DNA of 54,990 nucleotides, counting the filler, from Sluysia triapertura (Eukaryota): the NCBI GenBank assembly GCA_046118255.1. It is 4 parts of 4 records of this genome, joined end to end, with 100 filler letters (N's around TTAATTAATTAA, not from the genome) between each part and the next. Parts side by side here need not be neighbours in the genome. Positions count along the whole stretch, not along the records: positions 1 to 14,986 come from JBJNIA010242436.1; positions 15,087 to 30,769 come from JBJNIA010221578.1; 2 more parts are not named here. The stretch is one strand, 5' to 3'. A program made the translations under genes and the position numbers. How positions within the stretch are numbered: position 1 is the first letter of the stretch; each line of letters begins with the position of its first letter. This document shows, one piece after another, positions 14,190-25,458 of the stretch. Below the pieces are notes generated by a model. It was given only the letters and a program-made list of their open reading frames with translations, was not told the origin of the DNA and ran no database searches.

Positions 14190-14525
14190 TGTTTGGATAT
14201 GGGCTTAAGTCAACCATATATGGACTTATTATTGTTAGGCGGAGCGCAGCGAGAGGTCTCTGGTTCGATCCCTGGTCAGTCCATTTTGTATTGTCTAACA
14301 TTTGGTGAGCCCACATATCGAATATCCTTCTGATGTTGAATTAAACGATTTACAAGATGTTTGAAGACAAGATGTTTTATATGTTGGGATATAGGCCTAA
14401 TGTGCCACTTGGTATGATTGACTATTCTAATCTAAAAATTGTTTGACGGGGCTGATAGCTCAGTGATCGTGCAGCGAGAGGTCCCGCGTTCGATCTCCGG
14501 TCAGTCCATTTTATGAATTCTAACA
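14190..14525 (+). mobile_element. Tandem dimer of the tRNA-containing repeat (module - PBS-like - spacer - module)
   Basis: Module 1 TGTTAG...GGTTCGATCCCTGGTCAGTCCATTTT...GTCTAACA (14233-14300), then TTTGGTGAGCCC, a ~140 bp spacer, and module 2 TGTTTGACGGGGCTGATAGCTCAGTG...GGTCAGTCCATTTT...TCTAACA (14440-14525). Confidence 0.75.
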
Positions 14526-14679
14526 ATGGGGAAAAAATTGGTAATGCAGAAGTGATAAAATTCAACATTTTTCATGGATACTATGAAACTATTAATCAAA
14601 AGTGTACAAAAACATGTCACAAAAAATGTTAAATGTTGGAAAAAAACTACTTTCTCCAAAAAATTCTGATGAAAGTAAA

Positions 14680-14986
14680 ATAATAGATAAAATGCTGAGA
14701 TCAAAAACAAACTGAAATTTTATTCATGTAGAATGTGATAACACAATTTACTACCAATCAAATATGTACAAACTCTTGTATCAATACTTTGTTTGCTCCT
14801 TTATGTTATCCAATAATTTTCTGATCCTTAAAGGCACGCCGCGGATGAGCTTGGGGCACATGTCTTCCATCTAGTCATCGTGATGCCATACTTTTATCAG
14901 AGTTTCAATATGTTCTGTCCTTATTGTTGATTTATGGGTAGAAACTCTCCTTTTGACAATCTGCCACATATAGTCTAATAATTTGG
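14680..14986 (-). mobile_element. Second copy of the Tc1-like remnant
   Basis: Reverse-complement match to 6160-6520 (e.g. CTGATCCTTAAAGGCACG, ATGGGTAGAAACTCTCCTTTTGACAATC, AGTCTAATAATTTGG). Confidence 0.8.
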
Positions 14987-15085
14987 NNNNNNNNNNNNNN
15001 NNNNNNNNNNNNNNNNNNNNNNNNNNNNNNTTAATTAATTAANNNNNNNNNNNNNNNNNNNNNNNNNNNNNNNNNNNNNNNNNNN
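14987..15085. other. Assembly gap with TTAATTAATTAA linker
   Basis: N run with a central all-frame-stop linker; identical at 30770-30869 and 43293-43392. Confidence 0.95.
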
Positions 15086-15524
15086 NTATATTAAAACCTA
15101 ATATAAATAGCTTACGTTTAATAAATAAGTATGTTAGTTCCAATTCTTTTATTGATGATCCGACCAAATTTCACACGGTTGTTTCCAATTTATAATGTAA
15201 ACTCAATTCGAAATCCTTGCGACAATCCCAGATAAAGTCTTCAATACCAAATGGATTAATAAATTTATTCTTGAAAAAGATTCAAATCCAACGAAGTATG
15301 TACTGCGAGTATTAAATTCTTCCACAAAAGATTTTTAAGATTTAAAATTTTTATGTTTTTAACTTGTGTGAATCTTATAAAACTGCAAGCTATTTATATT
15401 AAATTCTTTATCAAAATTTATTACGTATTAAAAGATAATTAAATATTAATTTTTTGTTTTTTATAAAAATAAAGTTAATAGACAATTGTTTTAATTATCG
15501 AATAAAATAATCTTTAAACTTGTA

Positions 15525-15612
15525 TCTAATTAATTATTATTTTTTGTACTTTTTAATTAAAACTTTTATCTAATTAATTATTATTTTTTGCACTTTTTAA
15601 TTAAAACTTTTA
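15525..15612. repeat. ~44 bp tandem duplication
   Basis: TCTAATTAATTATTATTTTTTG(T/C)ACTTTTTAATTAAAACTTTTA twice. Confidence 0.85.
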
Positions 15613-16203
15613 ACAATTACATGAAATTTAATATCTACATAATTAATTTCATCTACATAATTTCATAAAATTTAATATCTACACTCCCGAACTATCATTC
15701 ATTGAAGATACAAAGACATTCCTCACCGAATTAGAAAATGATGACGATATCGATAGAAATTTGGATAAAATTTTGAATTTGGACTTAAATATGTTTAATG
15801 CGCAGAGTATTAAAGCAAGTTTGGCTATATTAAGTGAAGCCAGCAATCCTCACCAATACAAAGCATGAAAGTTATTTAAAAAGATTGCACTAACGGAAAG
15901 AAAAAATAGAAAAATAAATGGACTTATCAATATTTTTACGGAATTACCAGTAACCTCTTTGGTTCAAAACATTATTGACATAATAAAATTGAATGACCCA
16001 TCAATTATGAATGTGGATTTATTCTATGACAATAGATATCTAATTCCTACAGATTTCTGAACGATTATGGTTATCCATTAGGAAACCACGAGAAAATAAT
16101 AAAGGCTGTTACTACTAATTATACTGTCGAATACGAAAATTTATTTGAAAATATATCAGAGGAGGAAGTAAATGCAAATTCTCAATCATTCTTAAGACAA
16201 TTA

Positions 16204-16830
16204 ATGGATGAAAATGATGAAGAAGTGATAAAAAATAATGATATTGAAATGGTAAAAAATGATGATACAATAGAGAAACATGATTATATAGTGAATCTTA
16301 ATAAAAACCCACATGTTGAAACAAGTGATAAGGAAACAAATACAATTAAAAGACGGCCTGGTCGACCAAGAAAAAACGAAGAAGATGCATTAGTAACTTC
16401 TAATCCCGCTAAAAGAAATGTTATAGATTTGACAAAGATAATAGACGAAAATGAAGAAGAAATATTAGAATTTGATACAAAAAACATAGTTTACGCATTT
16501 TTATCTAATACGTTTATGAACTTCAGTAAGTATAAAAAATTGTTACCCAAACTAAAAGACTATAAGAGTACAATAGTAAAAATAATAAAACAATTAGAAG
16601 AAAAATATAAGGATAAAGATATTAGTGACTTCATAGAAAATGGACAGTATAAATCAATTATTAATAAGCAACTTAGTAAGGGGATAAATAGAGAAAGATT
16701 TAAAATAATTTTAGCTTATACTGTTTTTCAATGTAGTAAAGAAAGGATAATTGATAAGAATAAGATAAATAAGGTTATAGAATTCGTTAATAAGAAAACA
16801 AAGCTATGGGTTGAAGAACAAGGAGGATAG
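16204..16830 (+). CDS. Retroelement accessory ORF: acidic region, AT-hook and Bcl-2-like domain
   Basis: KRRPGRPRK (AT-hook); FDTKNIVYAFL (BH4-like), IVKIIKQLEEKY (BH3-like), LSKGINRERFKIILAY (BH1-like), LWVEEQGG* (BH2-like; TAG where TGG expected). The interrupted frame extends upstream to ~15690. Confidence 0.7.
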   Translation: MDENDEEVIKNNDIEMVKNDDTIEKHDYIVNLNKNPHVETSDKETNTIKRRPGRPRKNEEDALVTSNPAKRNVIDLTKIIDENEEEILEFDTKNIVYAFLSNTFMNFSKYKKLLPKLKDYKSTIVKIIKQLEEKYKDKDISDFIENGQYKSIINKQLSKGINRERFKIILAYTVFQCSKERIIDKNKINKVIEFVNKKTKLWVEEQGG

Positions 16831-16903
16831 AGAAATATAATCAAAGGAAAAGAAAACCGAAGAAACATCGAATTTACTTACAACTTTATTCGGAAACAAT
16901 AAT

Positions 16904-18870
16904 ATGTTAAACACAGCTATACCACGATTAGGAAATTCAACAAATAATATGCTCTTCGTGATAATATTATTGGTCATGTTTGGAATAAATAAATCTGAAG
17001 CAATAAAAGCCTTTGACTGTAACCAACCACAAATCGGCAGGAAATTCTCATTACTGGATAGAGAAGACTGCCCGGAATCAAGATCAAGTAGAATTCAAAT
17101 AAAAGAAAGACTTTAATGTATATCAAGAAGGAAATCGAATAACAACTCTAGTTAGAAAATGGATGGTTAAAAGATCAGTGGTCATCATAGTCATTCATCG
17201 ATATTAGAGTTACCGTATGTATTAAAACCATTTAAGATTTTACCGAATAATTGTAGAGATGCTTTCGATTAGTCAAAGGAGACAAACTAAGAGTAAGAAA
17301 TAATGAGAAAATTATCTACAACATTAGAACTGCGGAAAATGTATTAACAGATGGAACGTGCGAACAAGGATCTATAGAATACGAAGGAAAAATATATGAC
17401 AATGTTGTAGCTCAAGAAACTTTTGTAGTAAGTTTGAAATCTTTTAATGAAAGTTTTGATATTGAAAAAGGAAAGATGATGTCTAGATCATTAAGTAGAA
17501 TGGATCAAACAAGTTGCGGTACAGGTGAGTCTATTCTGATATATGAATTAGATAAGTTCCAGTGTCCTTTAATATTTTAAAAACAAATAAAATTCAACTT
17601 AGTATCCGGATTTGTTTACCAGAATAATGATGATTTACCAATTGAAGAAATAAACAAAAAGGAACAAGTACAACAAATAGAAACTCCTACTATTATGATG
17701 GCCAGTAGAGAAGAAGATGGATTAATTTTCATATCAAAAGGAACAGTAATAAGGTCTGGAAAAGAAATCACCGAAACTAATTACCAAGGTATTTACTTAT
17801 CTGAGAAAACAATACTGCAAGCCAAAAAAGGAATAGATGCAAAAAATATATAATTAAACAGTTACTTTAATAAGAAGATAGAGTTCTACTATCATCTTGG
17901 ATTAATATCTTTGGAAAAAATTTATCAAATTATGATTGCTCGAGATTGTCAACTGAATAAAGAAATACTGCACAAAATTGGCAGTGGCCATAACAAATCC
18001 TGATTTAGTTGCACCATTGTTACCATTAGAAGGTGTATTTGGAAGACTAATGGGAGAAGTAATATACACTTACAAATGTAACAAAGTAAAAGTCCAATTA
18101 AGACCAGCAACGGAATGCACAAATGAATTACCAATAATATACGGAAAAATAGAAACTTACTTAGAACCAGTAAGAAGGGTAATATTTCCTAGTGATAAAA
18201 TTAAACCAAAGATAATGCATTGTTCAAATGTAATGGCTCCGGAATATAGAATAGACGAAAACTTATGGATTTCACTACCACATAGAACACAAATCAAAGT
18301 ACCGGAAATTATTGGATTAACAGAGTTAAAAGGAAAGTTGAAATTCTTGGCAACAAAAATATACCGCATTCAGGTATGTATACAAGTGAAGACACACAAT
18401 CAGCATGGCGGGAAATACTGTTTCCAATAAAAAGATCAAAAGTATTAACGGATATAGTAGATAAGGCAACAGTAGAAAAAGACGGAAGAATAAACTTCGA
18501 ATTATTGTTAGGACCAGATCACTTTAAAAGAGCCGCACAAAATACACTAAAACAAATTTGAAGTAATTTTCTAATTTTAGGTCAAGCTTTCTCAGGATTA
18601 ATTGGTACTTACATAATTATTAAAGTAATAGCGTTAATAATATCCCAAGTTTTCTCTGTTGTAGGGATTTATACGATTTCAGGATTTACTTGGAGATTGA
18701 TAATAGGTTGCTTCCCATTTTTGGCGAAGTATTTATTACATCATCATGCTAACTCACAAATAAATGCGTTGAGAAAAGAAAGAAGGAGAATGGAAAATGA
18801 AAATGTAGCATTACGGACAATTCAAAATGATGAAAAATAAGAAATTGAAGAGTTAAAGGAAAACCTTAAA
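16904..18870 (+). pseudogene. env: Envelope glycoprotein, chuvirus/herpes gB-like (class III fusion) type; disrupted
   Basis: Signal-like MLFVIILLVMFGINKSEA then IKAFDC...C. The block NPDLVAPLLPLEGVFGRLMGEVIYTYKCNKVKVQLRPATECTNELPI...YLEPVRRVI is typical of chuviral-type glycoproteins. C-terminal hydrophobic segments at 18565-18740 (FLILGQAFSGLIGTYIIIKVIALII...). Confidence 0.8.
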
Positions 18871-18947
18871 AATCACAAAAAGATATACAAAAGGATAATC
18901 AAAGAGATAAAATCTATCCAAATCCTCCAACGGCACCGATACCGAAT

Positions 18948-19421
18948 GTGGTTTATATGATAATATGTGCAAACAATAACTATAAAAATTCCAAGAGGCC
19001 AATGGCTAACGTTAAAATTAATGGAAGAACAATTTTGCCACTTGTGGACACAGGAGCCGTGGCATCACGAATCAACGAAAATCAATTAACAGAAGGAGAA
19101 CGAGGAAACCTTGCAAATCATTTTTCACATCTATCAGGAGTTACTGGAGATGCCATACATATTGTCGGAGTAATGAAAGCTGTATGTGAAATAGGACAGA
19201 ATAAAGTCGAAGTTAAATTAAGAGTAATGAAGCAATGTCCAGAAGATATGATACTGGGGATGGATATACTATCACAATTAAAAGGAGTAATTCTAGATTT
19301 CGATAGTGTTAAACTAATGGATAGTCATTCAAACAGAACAATCGACGATGATGATGTCTACGTTGATGAACCATTATTGTTGCTAAGTAGAACTGAATAT
19401 AATGCCAGCAAAAACAAATAG
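18948..19421 (+). pseudogene. pol: pol: retropepsin aspartic protease
   Basis: VKINGRTILPLVDTGA ... DMILGMDIL. Confidence 0.92.
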
Positions 19422-21085
19422 TTCATTAACTGGCCAAATTATGTTTATAGCTTCGGAAACCAACCAAGAAAAATTGGATATAGGCATTGCAGATTCAATT
19501 TATAATAAGTGCGAAGGAAAGATACCCGTTCGAATTATAAATTATAAGAATGATAATAAATGGCTATTTACAGGAACCAAATTAGGAAGAATTGTTAATT
19601 ATAAAACACCAACACATATTAACGTAATAACCGATACAAAAAATAATACAATAAAATTACAACGGGATATACAAGAAGAGGATTATGGAGAAATTCAGAT
19701 CAATAACAAAAATTTAACCAAAAGGCAGAAAGAACAACTATATGAAGTTATAATCGATATCCAAGAGCAATTTCAAAAAACAAATACTATATCGGAGATT
19801 CTGTAATCATAAAACATGAGATCCCATTAACAGAAGATAAAGTGATTCGAAGAAAACCTTACAGAATTCCTATTTGCAATCAAAAAGAAATGCAAAATCA
19901 AATTGACACTATGAAGAAATCTGGAGTAATAAGGCCGAGTTTCTCTCCTTTTTCATCACCAGTATTATTAGTAAAAAAGAAAGACGGTACAGTACGATTC
20001 TGTATAGACTTTAGAGAATTAAATAAGATAACAAGAAAAGATGTATTCCCACTATCACGAATAGACGAGATGTTAGACAAATTAGGGAATGCCACTTATT
20101 TCACGACTTTAGATTTACAAAGCGGATATTGGCAGATAGAAATAGCGAAAAAGACAAACATAAAACGGCGTTCACGTGCGGAAATGAATTATACGAATGC
20201 AAAAAGATGCCATTTGGTTTAACAGGTGCACCAGCAACGTTCCAACGTTGTATGAATTTTGTACTATCAGGGTGTAAAAATGTCATGATATATATAGATG
20301 ACATTATAATATTTTCAAAGGATTTGAAAACTCACTTGGAAGATATACATAATATCTTAAAAAGATTAGAAGTCGCTAGACTTAAGATAAAGCCTACAAA
20401 ATGTGTATGGGCAGAAGAAAAAGTCGAGTTCTTAGGACACATAGTATCTAAAGATGGCATTAAACCAAATCCAAGAAATATTGAAAAGGTAATTAAGTTT
20501 CCTCAACCTGATAACGTTAAAAAGGTTCAGAGCTTCCTAGGATTAGCTAATTATTATAGGAGGTTTGTTAAAATTTTGCAAAAATTGCACAACCACTTAG
20601 AAAACTTACAAAAAAGGATGTATAATTTAAATGGACCGAAGAACAGACAAAGGCATTTAAGGAACTAAAAGAACATTTAACGACAGCACCAATACTGATA
20701 TATCCGGATGTTAACAAACCTTTTATACTGACTATGAATGCTAGTAATTAAGCTATCGGCGCAATTTTAGGTCAAAAGAATAAAAATAATCTTGAAGCAG
20801 TTATAGCATACGCCAGTCAAAGACTTAACAAAGCAGAAATGAATTATTCAACAGTAGAAAGAGAATGTTTGGCATTAGTATACGCATGTAAATTGTTCAG
20901 ACATTATTTGTTAGGACAAAAAGTTTACTTCTACACTGATCATAAACCTTTAACATATTTATATAATCACCGAGATGAAGTCAGTAGGCTTAACAGATGG
21001 TTCAATAAATTATCGGAATTTAACTTGGAAATTGTTTATAAGCCAGGTAGCTTAAATAATGGAGCCGATTGTATGTCTAGATTGA
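19402..21085 (+). pseudogene. pol: pol: linker, reverse transcriptase and RNase H (frameshifted)
   Basis: SPFSSPVLLVKKKDGTVRFCIDFRELN, TLDLQSGYWQI, MPFGLTGAPATFQR, YIDD, FLGHIVS, FLGLANYYRRFV; RNase H NYSTVERECLALV...YTDHKPL...NNGADCMSR. Confidence 0.97.
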
Positions 21086-21169
21086 CAAATGTAGATGACA
21101 AAGGAAATATCAATTTGATACAAATTATGTCAGTATCGGGAAAAATGCAGAATTCTAAAGAGATTATTA

Positions 21170-22400
21170 AACATCAGAGAGAAGATAAAGGAATTTCGAC
21201 TATTCTAGATGGGTTAGCTAAAGGAACTTTAAATGAATTACAAGCAAAAAGATTAGCTATCATGGATGGGATATTAAGATTCAAAAATAATAAAGACGAA
21301 TGGAAAACTATTATACCAGAATCACTAATTATACCTATTTTAATACAATTTCATGATGGACAATTGGGCGGTCACTTATCAACGAGGAAAACGTTATCAA
21401 GAATTAAAAGTAAATACTATTGGGAAAATATGGAATCAGATATCAGAAAATGGTGCAAGGACTGTTCAATATGTTGTCGACGAAAAAATACAGGACAGAA
21501 AACTAAAGTACCACTAAAACCTATGCCAGTACCATTATCACCAATGGAATTTACCGCTATGAGTATTATGGGTCCTCTTCCAGAAACCATTAACGGTAAT
21601 AAGTATATAATTGTATTCGCGGACTATTTGACAAAATGGCTAGAGGCTTACCCGATGCCTAATCAAAAAGCCGAAGCGGTGGCACAAATATTGGTAGAAA
21701 AGATCATTTACAGATATGGAACTCCTTGAAAATTATTAACAGATCAAGGAACTAACTTTACCAGCGATATAATCAAATCCGTGGCTAAAATCTTTAATAT
21801 TCTTCGAATTTACACATCACTTTACCATCCGCAAACTGATGGGTTAGTAGGACGTTTTAACCGAACTCTTATTAATAGGATTCAATCCTATATGAACAAT
21901 AGACAGACTGATTGGGACTTATATATAGCACCATGTCTTTTTGCATATAGAAGTTCTGCCCATCGAACAACTAATTTCACTCCATTTTATTTAATGTATG
22001 GTAGCCAGTAGGTTTGGAATTGGTTCCTCTAACTTCACAGTACTTGGAGATTCCAGAATATGTAACCACAATGAGATGCATGGAAACAGGTAGGTCTTCA
22101 AATTAAATACTCTCAAGAAATATATAAAGATGCATTCGATAAAACAGCGAAAGAACATACTTTTAAAATAGGCGATGAAGTATTAATAGATTATCCAATA
22201 ACTAAACCTGGTCATTCATCTAAATTACATAAACCTTTTAAAGGTCCTTATCTAAAAACAAAGTTACCGATACAAATGTGTTTGTTAAGGATCCTAATAA
22301 AGTTAATTCTGAAACGTTTGTAGTGCATGTCAACAGATGTAAAGTGGCACCGAAAGAGGAATATAATTTAAGAAATAGAAAAGTACAAAAATCAAAATTG
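21170..22400 (+). pseudogene. pol: pol: integrase (HHCC plus DDE core, catalytically dead) and C-terminal domain
   Basis: HDGQLGGH...CKDCSIC; AMSIMGPLP (D->S), TDQGTNF, YHPQTDGLVGRFNRTL (E->G), TPFYLMYG; VVHVNRCK...YNLR tail. IN after RH is the Gypsy order. Confidence 0.95.
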
Positions 22401-22494
22401 AAAGGATCGAGATAAACCGCCTTCAATTCATGCACTAAGGAATAAACAAGGAGTATTTATGATACATTCTCATGGAAATGACCTAGCTCATATA

Positions 22495-22750
22495 ATGCAA
22501 AATGTGCGGTTTAACGGACGATGGGTTAGAGAAATCGTAGATACCGGCGCTACTATTACTGTGGTTCATAAAAATTTTCTAACTACTTAAACAGACCAAG
22601 TCTAGTAACATATAATGTTAATCAAGCACCTAATGCTATATAGAAGTATTAGGACAATATGTACAAACTTTAGTAAATGTTTGGGATAATAGCCCATATG
22701 AATTAATATTAGGAATGGATGTTATAAACAAATTGGAAGATATGGTTATT
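22495..22750 (+). pseudogene. Second retropepsin-like aspartic protease remnant
   Basis: Manual translation NVRFNGRWVREIVDTGATITVV (22501-22566) and SPYELILGMDVINKL (from 22691). Confidence 0.8.
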
Positions 22751-23084
22751 TACAGTAAATATGGATTAAAAAAGTACCTCCAGGTTCAAACATGATTATA
22801 CCACAACTGGTAGTTCCACAGGTCAGTGATGAGCTAAAATTATATCAAATGCCTGTCAAATCCACCATTACAAGTTCCAGACTTTCCATTACGTGACATC
22901 GCCGAATCTACACTTCATTTATCAGACGTGTCATGGGGATCACCATCAACAATTACATCAGAGAAGAATTCGGATTCAGGAATCAGCTCAGATATTCAGA
23001 ATGTAGTGATGATGACTAAGAAAAAGAAATTGTCTTAATAAAAATCGTTGTGGGAAAATAACTTGATAGCTTTCGATCTTAATT

Positions 23085-25250
23085 GTGATTTTTCTATCAC
23101 TTATAACTCATGTCATGGCAACAAAAACAGACGAATATAAAAATATTAACATAGCTACAAATCATGGCAGGGAACAGAAAATAATAATTGCCGATATTTA
23201 CAATCAATATTGGAAATTCGAATTTATTTCTAAGAAAATAATTCTTCGACACAAATTCGAAATCTATTGTATATATATAAAGCTATTGCTAGTGGGAAAA
23301 CCACATCATTTAAATGGTATCCCACATTGTCTACATTATCGTTATAGACCGATGCTAATAACCTTTTCTCTAGACATCCCAAGAAATGCACGAGACATCT
23401 GGAAATTCATCAAACGAATAGATCAATTGAGAGATGGAGAAAAAACGAAAACACAGATAACCTTGTCGAATTATAGTACAATTAAGAAACAAATACAGAA
23501 AGTACAACGGGACACTTATAAATTCTTTACATTACTAATTTTTGCGGTACTATATATATTTTGGACCATACTCTATTTATCTCAAATAGGTGGGAAATAC
23601 GGGTTCCTGCGAATAATAAAAATCTTATACCTTTGATTTTGAATACGATAATTACAGTAGTTCAATGTCACGAACAATCTTTTAAAACGAAACATTTTGA
23701 ATTCTATAATGGAAACAATGAAGTAAAAGTTAAGATATTGAATCAAAACATTCATGCCAAATTTGCATGTTTAAAACCTGCTAGACTTAATTTTAGGTCA
23801 TGGATCATATACGAAAATTATATTAATAGTAAATTGAAATATCCAGTCACGGTTTGGTCAGATATTTTACCTGTCGAAGATAGACATTATAGTGAAATTC
23901 CGTCATTCATCAAGTTATTTGCATTTTGCATTTAAAGGAACAAGAAAACATTTAACAAAATTGGAGATATTACGGAATGATCCAGCATTAGTGATATTAA
24001 TTGTGGCGGCAATACTGTTCGTAAGCGCTTTAGCTGTTTGTTTCGAATAGATGTCGATACCCATGTTTACCACATAACAATAATAATGACGACGCGTATG
24101 CAGTTCCACATAGAAACAATTACGCTCCTCCTCCAGGCATGCCAATACTTCTACCTCCAATTTATGAATATGCTACAAATAATCAAATACCGCTCATATA
24201 TGGAGATTGGCAAATGACTCAAGTAAAATCTACAATCTTGATATGTATCAATCTATCTTGTATATCAGGCACAAATTATTTATCAAAAAACAATATACCT
24301 AGAATAATTTTAGTATCTAGCCAGAAAGTTTATGCAAAAATATTAACAGACAAAATTAAAATATTTTCCGTTCAAATAATATGTTATATAATGGATTGGT
24401 GTGAAATTGAGACAAGGGCAAGTAAACAAGATTTCTATTGATTTATATCTTGTATTGATCTTGCTGAATATCAACTAATTAATGTGACAATAACTATGGA
24501 ATTAGAATGATTCTCAGAGTGACTCCAGGACTATCTTCATACGGTATTACAAGATAAGAACTAAACCATTTGTTTTCCGAAAATCTTCAACAGTAATTGT
24601 GTTTCCAATGATCGTATATCGTTATCTCGGAAATGTTATACGTATTTAGGCATGGAACCCATTTTTTCATATAGGTTTTCAATACATATTGCATAATTGA
24701 CCACATGTAATGGCATTCCCATTTATTTTGGGTCAAGTGTAATATTAAAATCATAAAGAATTAATTTTGTAAATATAGTAAGGATCGTGCATATGACTGT
24801 ATGTGATGGTCATGCACTAACTAAAATATTACTTAAAAATTTTAGGATTGTTTAATTTTTCTAATACTATTTATTTATTATCTTATGCATTCTTATTTTT
24901 TAGTTAGAACAATCAACATGTGCCCGTTCTCTTCGCAAATATTTTGCTAAAACTTCCTATGCCTACGATGTCCTTAATCGCCCGCTTTTAACTCAACTAT
25001 CTTGTACCCCTTATTCTAAGCAATTCAATAACAATATTAAACCGCGTTTGCGAATAAAGAATTTTCTAAGGGATATCCAGGAGATAAGGATTCAGACATC
25101 TCTGAGGCTAAGGATATCGATGATGCCCGTCCCTTCTTACTAGGCCACTTACACGAAAAAATCATGGTGTTGCTGAACCCATGTTTTATTATTAAAAGTC
25201 TCGACTTGCCTTTTGGTTGGCTTAAGGGAGTTACTAACTTAACCATTTTT
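23085..25250 (+). pseudogene. Disrupted accessory ORFs downstream of pol, with hydrophobic segments
   Basis: Same-strand ORFs 23085-23636, 23561-23935, 24139-24441; TM-like FFTLLIFAVLYIFWTILYL and PALVILIVAAILFVSALAVCF. No family recognised. Confidence 0.5.
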
Positions 25251-25328
25251 TAACTTACATATTTATATTGAACAGAATTCATTTTTTAACTAAGTCGGAT
25301 TTAATTTTCGAAACATTTTTTTAACTAT

Positions 25329-25458
25329 GTTAATATAAAAATGAATATTAGTTAATATAAAATTGAATAGCGGTTAATTTAAAAATGGATAAAGGTTAAA
25401 ATAAAAATGAATATTGGTTAATATAAAAATAATACATGTTAATATAAAAATGAATAAC
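25329..25458. repeat. ~22 bp tandem repeat (about 6 units)
   Basis: GTTAATATAAAAATGAATA-like unit repeated at the probable 3' end of the retroelement. Confidence 0.7.

Noticed and set aside
15031-15042. TTAATTAATTAA palindrome in the gaps (three times)
   Set aside because: Artificial scaffolding linker inside N runs.
15086-15685. 5' LTR/PBS of the large retroelement
   Set aside because: No matching direct repeat found after 25.3 kb and no PBS seen; the element appears truncated.
19402-19620. Active dUTPase between PR and RT
   Set aside because: Only a beta-rich linker of the kind common in Gypsy pol; dUTPase catalytic motifs are absent.
16284-20304. Short antisense ORFs within the retroelement
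   Set aside because: Shadows of the plus-strand coding frames.
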